A stretch of DNA of 53,367 nt, filler included, from Streblomastix strix (lineage: Eukaryota), in assembly GCA_008636045.1 (NCBI GenBank). It is 2 parts of 2 records of this genome, joined end to end, with 100 filler letters (N's around TTAATTAATTAA, not from the genome) between each part and the next. Parts side by side here need not be neighbours in the genome. Positions count along the whole stretch, not along the records: positions 1 to 26,659 come from SNRW01000159.1; 1 more part is not named here. One strand, written 5' to 3'. The translations under genes were made by a program, and so were the position numbers. A model generated the notes under the pieces. That model did no database searches. It had not been told where the DNA came from and saw only the letters and a program-made list of their open reading frames with translations. Shown piece after piece: positions 1-11,857 of this stretch (positions are counted from its first letter, which is position 1; every line of letters starts with the position of its first letter).

Positions 1-2760
1 CAGTGTAAAGAAATATTCCTTTCATACTCTCCTTCTTACCATCACCAAATGATTAAACAGCTTCTTTTGATGACATCTTAGTCATGATCATACCAATATC
101 TAAGAATTATATTTTAACATTACTTATTTTATATTTTACTTCTACTCGCATGATATGAGAGAAATCACCAAGATATCCTCCTGGAACTATATGCCAATCT
201 TTATTTGTTAGATATGGTAATAAGAAAATCATATTAAAGTGAGCAGAGTTGAAACCAACAACTGGAACTGGAATTTCATATGGAATATTTGGATCATCAC
301 ACATATTATCTTATTTGATTTTTTCAGCTGCTTTTAATACTTCTTCTAACCATTATTCAAAAAAATTTCCTTAATGTAAATCAATAATATATTGTTCTAA
401 TTCCAGACTTTGATTTAATTCTTGATACTACTGATAAATATTCAAGTATTGAGTTTAAAATAAATTATTTACTTATTAACCTGCTTCGTTCTTTTCATCT
501 TTCCTTTTGTTAAAGTATTTATCAATTTTTCGTTCTACTATCTCAAAATCATATATGAAATAATATTATGTAGGTTTAAATTTATAAGTCATTTCATTAG
601 CTAATAGATGCATACAAGTCTAATTAACATAAATATGAAGTGCAAATGGAATTTATGATGACGATAGAAGAATTTATTTACCATTATTTAATTTATATTT
701 CTCAACATATTTTTCGAAATCTCTTTTTGAATGACAGTTTTAATCTTTTATTTTAACATCATGATGCTTGTATATGGAACAATATCTATAACCTGTTAAT
801 GTTTCAGGATCAGAAACATATAAAATATGAGCTTAGTTGAAAAACTGAAGAAGTAATATATTAAAATTTTAAAGTTCATCTTATTATTCTTTGTCATTTT
901 ATTGTGGTTTTATAACATGATCTTAGTATAAAATATTATAATCCTCACTTTCCTTATGAGCATATATGCATTTATTTATATTCAATCATTAAGCAATTTT
1001 CTTACTTTCATAAGTTAAATGAAATCCATTATAATCATGGATGAATTCTTGAACATCTCTACATTTAGCAGATTTACCAGATAAAGAATAATGCTAAATC
1101 ATCAATCAAATTCCTTCAGCAACTCTGTCTGAATATCTATAACGTTTAATTTTAGAATCAGGCATTGATAGATATGATAAAGCTTCAAAGAAACAATTAT
1201 TTGGATATGGTGATTCAATATAATGTACTTCTCGTCGTTTAATAAATTTCTATAACTCTGGAATAGCTTTACCTGTAAATGGAGTACGATATGCAGCAAC
1301 AATCATTGAGAAAACTGCAATGAAATGAAGCTTTATTGATTCTTCAGTTCGTTCATAATTATTGATAATAAATGTGACAATATACTTTTCATATCTATCA
1401 ATATCATCTTAGCTTGCAATTAGTGATTTAATATTCTACGGAGTTAAATTCTTTCTTGGAAATTTAGAGTTATATTCTAGTATTTATTCACCTTCTGAAG
1501 TTACATCCTAATATTCTTCTATATGGCCGAAATCAACAGTAATTTTAAAATGATTTTGTTTTTCTTATTCGTATACATATTTAATGAATTTGTGAATAAC
1601 ATCTAATTAAGTAATTTAATTATTTATATGTATATGTGTAGATTCATGTTAATCTTTATCAAATTTTCCTTCAATTTCTCTTGATTTGCCTGGACATTCT
1701 CTTTTTGCGGCTCGTAAACATTATTTAAACAGTTTCAAATCAACAGGCTCAGTTAATAGAAGAGATTTATCTTGTTCGTCAATTAATCCTTCAATTTAAA
1801 TTTACTTATGTTCCTTTATCATTGAAATAATATATTTCAGATATTATTTCTTCATCAGCCATCTTGTAAGTTTGTAATTATTCTTCAGGAATATCGCTAA
1901 ATTCTTAATGAAACTATATGTATTTATCTTCAAGTTATTCTTTTTATGCTTTATATTCTGCATCATTTTTAGGAATATCTACTCTATCAAGGATATCTGA
2001 TATTGTCTCTGATGATAGAGCTTAAAAAAAAGAATAATCAGGCTCATATTATTAATCTGGTAGTGAATAATCTAAAAAGCCTCTAACTCTTGCTTCAATA
2101 GCTGGTTTAGTACTATCATAGCCAAGAGCTTATAACTATAATGACAATAATTCTAAAGCTGCTTAATCGGTACGATCAGTTGCATCTTACTTAAGTTTTA
2201 TTAATTATTCATCTACAAATTATGGTGAGAGATTTGAACTGTGAATTGGGAATTTTGATTAAATTTATATTTATTTTTCTAAAGATGATCTTTTAATATT
2301 ACTTATAATTTTGAAGTTGGTTCTTTAATAATAACTTTAAGATTATCATATTCAGCTGGTAAATCTTTCACTTTCATGCTATTCTTATTGCCAGATAAAT
2401 AATCTAATAATTCTTATTATTAATAACATTTTAAAGTTCTTTTTCTAGATCTTATTAATATTTAATTTATTATTTTTTATTAATTTATTTTAATTAATTT
2501 ATAAAGCTTATCTTGCTCCATTTCTTTCATTATTTCTTTTTCTTTCTCATTTTCTTTCTTTTTTTCCTTAATCCCTTACTTTCTTTACTTTTTTTTCATT
2601 AAGTTTTTCAATATAATCAACCGGAAATTCAACACATTATAGTTCATCTTCTAGTATTTGTTATTAAATTCATCTATATTAATGACGCTTTAGTGATACT
2701 GCATCATAAACTCTTTATATCAATTCAAGGGAGAAATCGTAAGATTCACAAAAATTCTAC
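1..2760 (-). pseudogene. polB: Protein-primed family B DNA polymerase, N-terminal half (N-terminal extension plus 3'-5' exonuclease); runs off window edge
   Basis: With TAR=Gln: NNCFFEALS, Exo I YFIYDFE (~542-562), Exo II VVGFNSAHFNM (~232-265), FLDIGM, KGIFLY at the window edge; in-frame TGA and frameshifts; 5' boundary approximate. Confidence 0.85.
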
Positions 2761-2772
2761 TCTTAAAATAAG

Positions 2773-3208
2773 AGTAGTATAGGATTTAGGAAACCTGTAC
2801 TAGTGTAAGATATAATATATATTCAAATTAAGGCGACCCAATAGGTAAAGCGGGTATAAATATTCAAAATACACAAATTTATAGTGAAAATTGCTCTTAA
2901 AATTATCATTTTTCACCAATAAAGCAACGGTCGTTTCGATTTACGAATATAAAAATACCAGTTTTTCTATATTTCACTTTTCATACACTATTTATCGTTA
3001 CTAAATGATCAAATTTACCAAAATAATTGTTTATTTGAATTTTTTGATTATATATACCTTGAAATGCCCTGTATTGGTTTACAGACGCCATTTTCACTAT
3101 AAATTTGTGTGTTTTGAACATTTATACCCGCTTGACCTATTAGGTCGCCTTAATTTGAGTACAATTTATATCTTATACTAGTACAGGTTTCCTAAATCCT
3201 ATTCTACT
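2773..3208. mobile_element. MITE-like element with ~118 bp imperfect terminal inverted repeats
   Basis: 2773-2891 (AGTAGTATAGGATTTAGGAAACCTGTACTAG...) is the reverse complement of 3090-3208 (...CTAGTACAGGTTTCCTAAATCCTATTCTACT) at roughly 90% identity; ~200 bp non-coding spacer. Confidence 0.75.
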
Positions 3209-3438
3209 TGAAAATATCTAAGCGTAATATCTTCCTGTTCAAATTTAAAACAGATGTGCAATTTGTCTTTTTCTACATTTTTTGGAAACTGGGTAAATCT
3301 AATTTTAAAACAGAGGTGCAGTTAACATTTTTCAATTTGGGATATTATTTTTGATTATAAATGACTGTGTTATCCAGTTAATAACGATATATCATAAATC
3401 AATTAATTTCATCCTAAATATAGTATTATTTATATTAT

Positions 3439-5191
3439 ATGAAGAATTAAAGTAGTTCATCAGCTGCTTTGTCAAATGAAACTTATCAGCTTTTCATTGA
3501 TAATGAATCATCATTAGTTTACGCAGACAAGTAATATATAAATTAAGGAGTAGTTAGCATCTTTGTACTAAAAATTAAAGACTTATGGACAATTAATCGT
3601 TCATGATCTAAACGTCATTAATTTTGATTATATTACTTAGATTAATTAGTTGAATAATTAGGTTAATTAACATTAATCAGAATAAGGTTAAACATCAGAG
3701 GATATAAATAATATTAATTAGTCAATTACTTTAATATAACAAGAGTTAGCTCAACAGACACATTTTAGGGGTTATTATTTATTGAATAGTGGTATAATTA
3801 ATCTATCCTCTAGCGCTTAGGGTGATTTTGCCTTCTCCGCCGAGAGTTGAACAGTTTGGATGTATGAATCAAGCAGGTATGATAGTGGATAATTAGTACC
3901 TGATCAAATTACTCCTGCAAATGACCAAATACCTATAGTTAAAGGTATTGCAACCGCACGAATTAGTACCTCGCATAGCAGAGGAGATCATGTACATACC
4001 CAATAATTGACATATGATGGAAATGTTACAGCTACTAGGTTCATTAAAACTGATGGATTAGCTACTGACATATTGCTAGCGAATGGAGATACTAAATATA
4101 TTAATGGTGTCAAAGTAAAAAATATATCAAATAACACTGGTGCAAATAAATATTTTAAATTATGCCATTTTGACGCAAGAGCTGTATTTTAATATACATT
4201 TATTGAATTTGATTTGTAATGTAGATAGGGAATTGGAAAAATATCAGCAAATTTTTACTACAATGAAGGTATGGGCGGCTTTATATATAACTATAAACCG
4301 TGTATTTACATTATTGAGCGCATTGATAATCCTATTATATTGTACTATGGCGAAAGAGTAAATAAAACAGCTGAATTATGGAGTCGATTATAAAAATATT
4401 GTCGTGAAGGATATATAACATAAATAATTGGGCCATTAAATCTTCCTGAATGTATTACTGATATATTAACATCGGAACCTGTTGATTAAATGCCAACTGA
4501 TTTTACAGATTCATAAGAGCTTATATCAAATTTATAGTCTAAAGATTTTGCTATAAATAATGCTCCATTTACATAAAATGATAGTATGTAAATAAATCTT
4601 ACAGCAACTAGTTATGAAGATGGTTTGAGAATATCCAGATCTGCTACAGAAACATGTTATTCATCGATTTAGTTAGGATGTTGTAGAACATATAACACTG
4701 GACTTATTGAATGATAATGGTCAATATTTATACCATCAAATATTTCTATAAAAAACCCTTATGGTTTAATAATAGCGGTGACATCTTAAGCTGGAGATAA
4801 TAATAGAAGTTTATAAAAATCCGTCAATGGAAACATATTAACTTTCAATGGAAATAGATTAGTTGATGTAGCCACTGATTAAACAATTACTGGTATAAAA
4901 ACATTCGGTAAATTAGTATAAGTTAATCCAACAATTGATGGAACATTTAACGAAGAGATACGAATAAGTAGATTAATAAACAACTAATGGAGCAATATAT
5001 AATTTGGCAGTGATCCAAATTCAAATTATGGTAATATTGATAGTTAATGGATAATAGGAACAATAGGAAATAATGGTCAACATTAATTCGGCTTTACCAT
5101 CGTAAAAGCAGCATAAGAAGGTTAGGTTGATAGAGGATTACAAATATCCGCTGATGGAAACTCATTAACTTTCAATGGTAGATCACTTTGA
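3439..5191 (+). pseudogene. Viral fibre / phage tail-fibre-like protein
   Basis: SHSRGDHVH, TATRFIKTDGLATDILLANG, VDVATDQTITGIKTF and two tandem C-terminal modules ending ...SVNGNILTFNG and ...GLQISADGNSLTFNG; frameshift near the 5' end and in-frame TGA at 4712. Confidence 0.7.
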
Positions 5192-5234
5192 AAAATAATA
5201 ATTGTAGATTCTTAGACTCAAAGAGTCTAATCAC
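5191..5234 (+). terminator. Hairpin-containing repeat directly after fibre gene stop (copy 1)
   Basis: AAAAATAATAATTGTAGATTCTTAGACTC-AAA-GAGTCTAATCA; perfect 8-bp stem 5212-5230; near-identical copy at 11815. Confidence 0.4.
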
Positions 5235-5680
5235 TCAAGAAGTTCACTCGAATCTAATGATAATATATCAAAGATATAATAAGCATTAACATGAAAGTCA
5301 TATTCAATTGTACAATCGTGATGTTCTTTAGGAAGTCCTTCTTAATAATTCTTATCGATAAATTAATTTAATACTGTTTGATCTTACTTTAATTTTTTTA
5401 TATTTATGATTTTATTTATTAAATTTTTTTCGTTATACTTTTTAATTAACTCTTATCGTTTATTTTTATCATCTTCAATTGATTCTTAACCCTCTGAAAA
5501 TAATATTTTACGTGTAGCTATTGACTTAAGAGTATTTTCGATTATGTTCATACTCAACTGTTAAGAAGCTTCCGTATTTGCAAATTTCTAATATAAAGTA
5601 TCTTATTATTTATCCAATCCGAACAAAAGAGATGTAATCGTTAATACAAGCTCTAGAGTAGCTAATATAATCCTAATACG

Positions 5681-6290
5681 TGACAAATATTAGATCAGAT
5701 GGTGAATCATCATTTAGTGGTAAATAAATTAAGATCTTTCTAATAAAAACATAATATATAGCACTTCTATTATAAGTCACTATTTTCGAATTAAAATAAA
5801 GTATTCGATAATATTATCCGCAATATAAGAAACAAGCTGATAAATTAGCAGGTTACTAATCATATATTATAATAAGTAGCAAACGATCATAATCAATCAA
5901 AACATGCTGCTTTTAACAATAAATATACACCCTAATAAGTAAACTATTCACGAGATTTAGTAGGAAGTTGTACTCAGCAAAAAAAAATAAGATGTTGATG
6001 GTAAAATTAGACTATAACGAAAAGAAGGGTTGCTTAATTTGAAGATAGGTAATATAATAATGGTTCACCTTGAATTAACTAATATAAAACACTAATTTGA
6101 TAAGTAACGTAGATAATTTAATGAGTTGGCTACTTTCATCAGATAAAATCATGGAAATGTTGTGTGTAAATTGTTGAATCCATATAATGATATTGAGCAA
6201 ATAGAAATACCATTATACTACGCTAAATTTGTCTCTGATGATATCGATTAACTCGAAGATAAATACAAAAAGTAATTTTTAAGATTTTTT
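5681..6290 (+). pseudogene. Retroviral-type (rve/DDE) integrase, 5'-truncated remnant
   Basis: TNIRSDGESSF, then after a frameshift NKVFDNIIRNIRNKL and HNQSKHAAFNNKYTP, matching the D..(E)R..RT..YN...H....TP pattern of Polinton integrases. Confidence 0.65.
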
Positions 6291-6345
6291 TATTTTTAAT
6301 ATAAACCATGGAATAAAATATATATAGTTAAAGTAAATAGACGAA

Positions 6346-6618
6346 ATGATTGAAGAAGCCGTTGATAAAGTGATCTACGAAAATGTTAATACTAAGTGTA
6401 AGGGTAGGCCTATAAAGCACTTCAATACCGAAGAAGCAAATGAGAAAGCTAAGGAACAGCGAAAATAATTCAAATAACGACAGAGATAAAAAGTAATATA
6501 ATTTCGCAAATAAGTGACTGCCAAACAATTTGAAATACCAAAATTGATTAATAAATATATCCTTGAATAAGATGATATAGATAGTATAATAACTATCCTG
6601 GAAAAATATAAAAAATGA
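6346..6618 (+). CDS. Small basic protein (90 aa) with AT-hook-like KGRP motif followed by charged helix
   Basis: Open ATG..TGA with TAR=Gln: ...TKCKGRPIKHFNTEEANEKAKEQRKQFKQRQR... Confidence 0.5.
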
Positions 6619-6659
6619 AATCATTTCTTTTGCATTTATTTTTGAGTTTTTATTGACTT

Positions 6660-7875
6660 TTCAAGTTTCTTAGTCTTAATGTAATTTTTTCTCTTTGCTG
6701 GTATATTGATTAGTTATTATTTATTTAATTTTACTTTAACTTGACGGAGGATTGTTTATCCCTCGTTGGTAAACCATTTGAAGGTTCTATCAGGAAATTG
6801 CTATTTAATTGAAATATGCATTAATTGGTTATTTTCCCCAACCTATAGATCCAACTGCATATTTTAACCCATATGTTATCTCCACATTCTATTCTTATAC
6901 ATCTTCTCCAAGTTAATCTTTCTCTCTAACTTCTTACATTTGTTATTATATAAATTAGCTCTATTATTAAAGCTTCTAAACATTTACATTACGAACGGAG
7001 TTGCGTATATTTTAACGTACTGATGCTGATAATGATTAACATTGTATATTATCTTATTAATCATATATTTGTTAATCTAAAGCGTCTTCTTCAGATGAAG
7101 TTTTGAAAGATTATTATTCTCTATCTGTTTAGTTTAATATATCCACATATTCTTTATGAGCAATTTCTCCAATATCTTTTAATTAAGTGTCAGGATTCGG
7201 TGGTTGTGCCATACTACCCATTTGATTATTTGGTCCATTTAACTGATCGTTAACATTGCGCTCTTAAATTCTTTATATTATCTTGGGATCAATTAGTGTA
7301 GATAATGACGTTTATATGGTGCTAAATCGAGGGACATCTATCCCTTCATTCTCTTTCACTAATATCTTAAAGTTCTCCTCTGCTTCTCCTTACATTTACG
7401 CTCTTTGCTCCTATTATTCTTCCAATAGCTATTATGTATCATCATTCTCAACTATTCTTTTCATTAAATATTTGGCGATAAATATTTTTTATCAATTAGG
7501 GCCGAATAATAATCTACTAGCCTATTTTTAACTACTCATGGTAACTGAATTTTTGAACGTTCTGGGACCTTCTTTATTTATTTTTAATTTTGGTTATAAT
7601 TTTTAAATTCAGCCTCTAATTCCCTAAAAGATTAATCACTATGTAATATATGGAGTATTTCAATTTCATTTTGATGTCTCATATATATGTCAAATAATTT
7701 TCTCCCTTATTTCATTCCTATGGAACTATAAGCATATTTTGCTGATGCTAATTATGGTAATTTACTAACCCTATCTACTTCTTATCTATATTCTTCCGCA
7801 ATACTTTCGCCAATATGGGAAGATGATGATTCAGATTTTTTTACTTTTACTTTTACTTTTACTTTTGCTCGACAT
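6660..7875 (-). pseudogene. Viral hypothetical protein with basic SK-repeat N-terminus (possible core/DNA-binding protein)
   Basis: Starts MSSKSKSKSKSKKSESSSS; long Q/E-rich open stretch 7000-7490; several in-frame TGA; 3' end approximate. Confidence 0.45.
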
Positions 7876-9158
7876 ATTTATTATACTTAAAACGATTACT
7901 TTAAGCGTATAAGAATATGTGATCTACAGCTAATTTTTATCATTATTAGTATCATAAGCTACAAAATCTTATCCAGAGATAGAATTGAGATTCTTAATGA
8001 GAAAATTTAACAGGAGATTGCGCTTAGATTAATTGAAGGAGATAATTGAAATAGCTAAAGAAGATAGTTAGCATGCAACGCTTAAATTAATGGATGAGTT
8101 AAATAAAAAATGATAAACAATAGTTAATTTCTCAAAAAATAATAAAAAGGTTAATTGAAGAGTTAAATTGCTCTAAAAAATGATTAAGTTAATTTCCCAA
8201 AAAAAAACAGCAAAAGGCTAATTGCACCTCTGTTTATTTTGATTTTCCCCCTCTTTTAAAAAGTTAACCTGCGAATTTTCGCGGTCAAAGTTAATTTGAT
8301 TTTCCCCATGTTTAAAAAGTCATGCCACTAAATTCTGCGGTAAACTCTCACTAGTGTTATATTTCTAGTAGTAAATTATTATACATATCCATATATCGTA
8401 CTAGAACTTATCTACCCATATTATCATATAATTTAAACACAACCTCTTTATTCATACCTAAAATATTTGAATTAGATAACATACTCAATCCCCATATTAC
8501 TGGCGAACCAATCAAATTCTATTTGAATATTACATTATTGAACGCAGCGTTATCTTATACTTATAATGCCATACCCCTCTATTAATTACTTACTGACACA
8601 ATTAACATTTGTGAATACTCCATGAAATTGATGTTTCTCAATTAGAGTAATAGACACATATATGAGTTTTTAAATTTCATTAAAGGATACTATAATACAT
8701 ACATATATATTATCATATTCAATAACTATTAAATATCCAGGAAGTTGTATGACTCAAAGCGTAAAGTGAATTTTTTTAACCAACTTATGAAACGGTGCTT
8801 TTACTATTTCAATTTGTTAATTTGTTAAGCTTGAGCAATATTTTGCTATTTATACTAGTTAAATTAATCAATGTGTGTGTGATTATTTTAAGTATAAATT
8901 TTATTAAAATATTACTCTTGCTCTACTTATTTATTAAAAAATTACAATTTAAATTATTATATATTGATTTATTATTTTATTCTTTTTAACTCTAACACTA
9001 GCGGATTAATTATTTATGTGGTTGACGATTATATTAGATCTTTCAATTATTGTTATATTCATTATATCATATCTTCCTGTTTATTATTTTTGGATAATTA
9101 TTTAATTAAATACTTCAGTTATATTATTAGAGATTCCATTTATTCAACATAAAAATTT

Positions 9159-9350
9159 TCATTAAATCATATTTTTTGAATGATGTTTGTAATCTATTGG
9201 CTTTGGTTATAAATGTGTCGGCTTTATAGTAACAGCATCTCTTCTCATTTAAGTTGAGGATAGAAATTTATTAAGTAAATTTGGCACGTAACCTGTAGCT
9301 TACTTTACGCCACTTAATATTATTGAACCAAAATTCTTTGTGTTAATCAT
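9159..9350 (-). CDS. Small peptide (63 aa) with KNFGS amphipathic N-terminus
   Basis: MINTKNFGSIILSGVKQATGYVPNLLNKFL...; open ATG..TGA with TAR=Gln; paralogous start to 9482-9685. Confidence 0.45.
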
Positions 9351-9481
9351 TTATAATCAAAAACAATTTCCCAATCTGAAGAAGATTTTTCGCACCTCTG
9401 TTTAAAAATTGAACTGGCTCAAAAATGAACCGACTCTCTTTTCGTTAGCTTAATATCATTAATTCAAACATTTAATATATA

Positions 9482-9685
9482 TCATCGATTTAAAAACTTA
9501 TTAGCCATTCCAGCAGCTCCACCAACACCTCTCGCAATCATACCTGCTGCTGGAACAATTGCACCTATTGGACCAAATACAGCACCCATAACTTTATGAG
9601 GAACAGGCGCGGCCTATTTTGTAACAGAAGTTACTCCATGTAATACTTTTGAGCCAAAATTCTTTAACAAAGGCCTAAATCCCAT
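9482..9685 (-). pseudogene. Gly/Ala-rich amphipathic peptide, adenovirus protein VI-like
   Basis: MGFRPLLKNFGSKV /frameshift/ HGVTSVTKQAAPVPHKVMGAVFGPIGAIVPAAGMIARGVGGAAGMANKFLNR*; divergent from the putative capsid gene. Confidence 0.55.
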
Positions 9686-9728
9686 TTATTTGTTGAAAAA
9701 TAATTTTAAAAGTTATTTCATTAATAAA

Positions 9729-11680
9729 ATGAGTTTTAGCGCACAAGATTATCTTGCAAGGTTACCAAAAGCATCATATTCGGATTACATTTCTTCCTAC
9801 TCTACTCTTAATGAAGTTATGCGGACCCTTACTATTGAGCCATAATCATTGATTCTATCAAAATAAGAATTCATTGACTAACCTGCTAATACATTGTTTT
9901 CTGGAGGTACGAGATAGACTCGAGCTCCACTTGGCGCGAGAGGATCAGCCACCTGTTGCTGTGTTTAAACATGTTAGGTTAACTGGACAATTACTATACC
10001 CGCTAACACTTTGGGTATCCAGCTCAATTAAGTTAATCTAACTAAAGGAGCAAAAAGTGATATTGAATTTGCCAGATCTAGAATAAACTTTAATGGAACT
10101 TAGACAGCTACAACTGCACTAGCAACGGATATAAAATAGGCAACATAAAAGTATAATGTTGATGAAGTACTTAAATTTTGGTTAGGATTCTCAACAGCTT
10201 GTGATCCTTTCTAATTAGTGGCTATATGTAAAGATAATACAAAGCTTTGGGAGACATCTATTTATGATCGTGAATAAGCTATCATTTTCTTTAATTCTTT
10301 ATCTGACTTTATCACAAATAATTCCGTTACTGTATCACCACTTGAAAGTATAACTTAAGGAAAAAGTCATTATGGATTATTTATTGACAAACCATGTGCT
10401 AAAATTAATATCAGTACTTGTGATTACTATTATAAAATACCTGATGTCATTATCTTTAGCGGAGTATTGAATTTAAATTAACTGTACCCAATATTTAATG
10501 TGTTTCCTGTACTTACTAGAAATTATGCCAGTCTATATTTATAATAATGGATGACTGATTTCCTATATGACTTAAAAATAGTATGGTTAGATAAAACACT
10601 CCCTCAATTTGACCTACATCTTGCTTATACAATGATCCCACCGGAAAAACCTGATATAATTTTCCTAATGACAGATTCTGCAGATGTTCAATATAAATAA
10701 TATTCCGTACGAATGATTAATTGTAAAGATCTAGAAGCTGATTCAACTGACCCCAAAAATAGTATATAATAATTAGATAATGCTTTCTTTGAATATTTAT
10801 CAATACATAATCTTTGCTTTACCATGAAAAATGAAAGTGCAATAATAGATATGATTAGAGCATAGAAAGTAATACATTTCCCAACATAAGTTTTTAAATC
10901 ATAATCATCAAATTACATCATGAACAATTTTGAACCATTCACTGGGTAAATATAAAGTATAATGTCATTTTCTAACATCAAGGTTATGTTTATGACTTTT
11001 GCTATGCCCCAGTATCCAATATGATTCTTTCCTATGTTGTTTCATAATACAGACCATATAATTGATTTGCGACACGCTGTTCCTTTCCCTTATGAGGCAC
11101 ATACTTAATCTACTAATGGCTCAATATTTTTGTGTATTGTTGATCAAGATATTATATCTCCATCAAGTGATCTTTATCATTCACTTACTTTCGAGAATGT
11201 TAATATAAATGACAAGAAATATTGGTGTTGGAAAAATGATGGGGATATAGATAAAATAGATAATGTGTTTTATTATACAACACTATTTACTGGCTCTAAA
11301 GCTGTTAAACATACTATCCTAATAAATATATGCTCGCGTGGAAATTGGCTACTGATGAATCTTTTATGCGAGGATACAATAGTACTAGACTTGGTGCGTG
11401 AACAAATATATAAACGATACTAAACACATAGATAATAACTGGTTTAGTTGATAATCATAAAATTAATGACGATACTATTCACCCAGAGAATTAAAATACA
11501 TTAGCTGGATTTAATAGTACTGGAAGCTATTCCATGAGTTGATAAGTAGGTTAAATCCCCATATTACATTTCCTTTGTGGCGCGGTTATTAGAATCATGT
11601 TTGATGATAACCCTGTGCTGCAAGTGCTAAATTTGTAGGTAATTAGGGAAATTGGTGGTAGTATGATTATCGCAGGATGA
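9729..11680 (+). pseudogene. Putative major capsid protein (~650 aa; double jelly-roll inferred)
   Basis: Long intronless beta-strand-rich frame MSFSAQDYLARLPKAS...IREIGGSMIIAG*; in-frame TGA at 11022 and frameshift near 11310; identity inferred from size, composition and context. Confidence 0.55.
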
Positions 11681-11814
11681 AAAGTTATTTTTACCCAAAT
11701 TTTGAAAAAATCTACATCATAAATTTCTGCAGTAGATAATTTTATCGTTAATTTGTTTTTCCCCATGTTTTATAAAGTCGAGTGTTTTAATTTTGATTGT
11801 CGAAAATTTTTACA

Positions 11815-11857
11815 AAAAATAATAATCGTAGATTCTTAGACTCTAAGAATATAATCA
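11815..11857 (+). terminator. Hairpin-containing repeat downstream of putative capsid gene (copy 2)
   Basis: AAAAATAATAATCGTAGATTCTTAGACTCTAAGAATATAATCA; first 29 nt differ from 5191-5219 at one position. Confidence 0.4.

Noticed and set aside
3439..5191. Prophage or bacterial contamination as the source of the tail-fibre-like gene
   Set aside because: It uses TAR=Gln, sits among Polinton-type genes and is contiguous with intron-containing host genes
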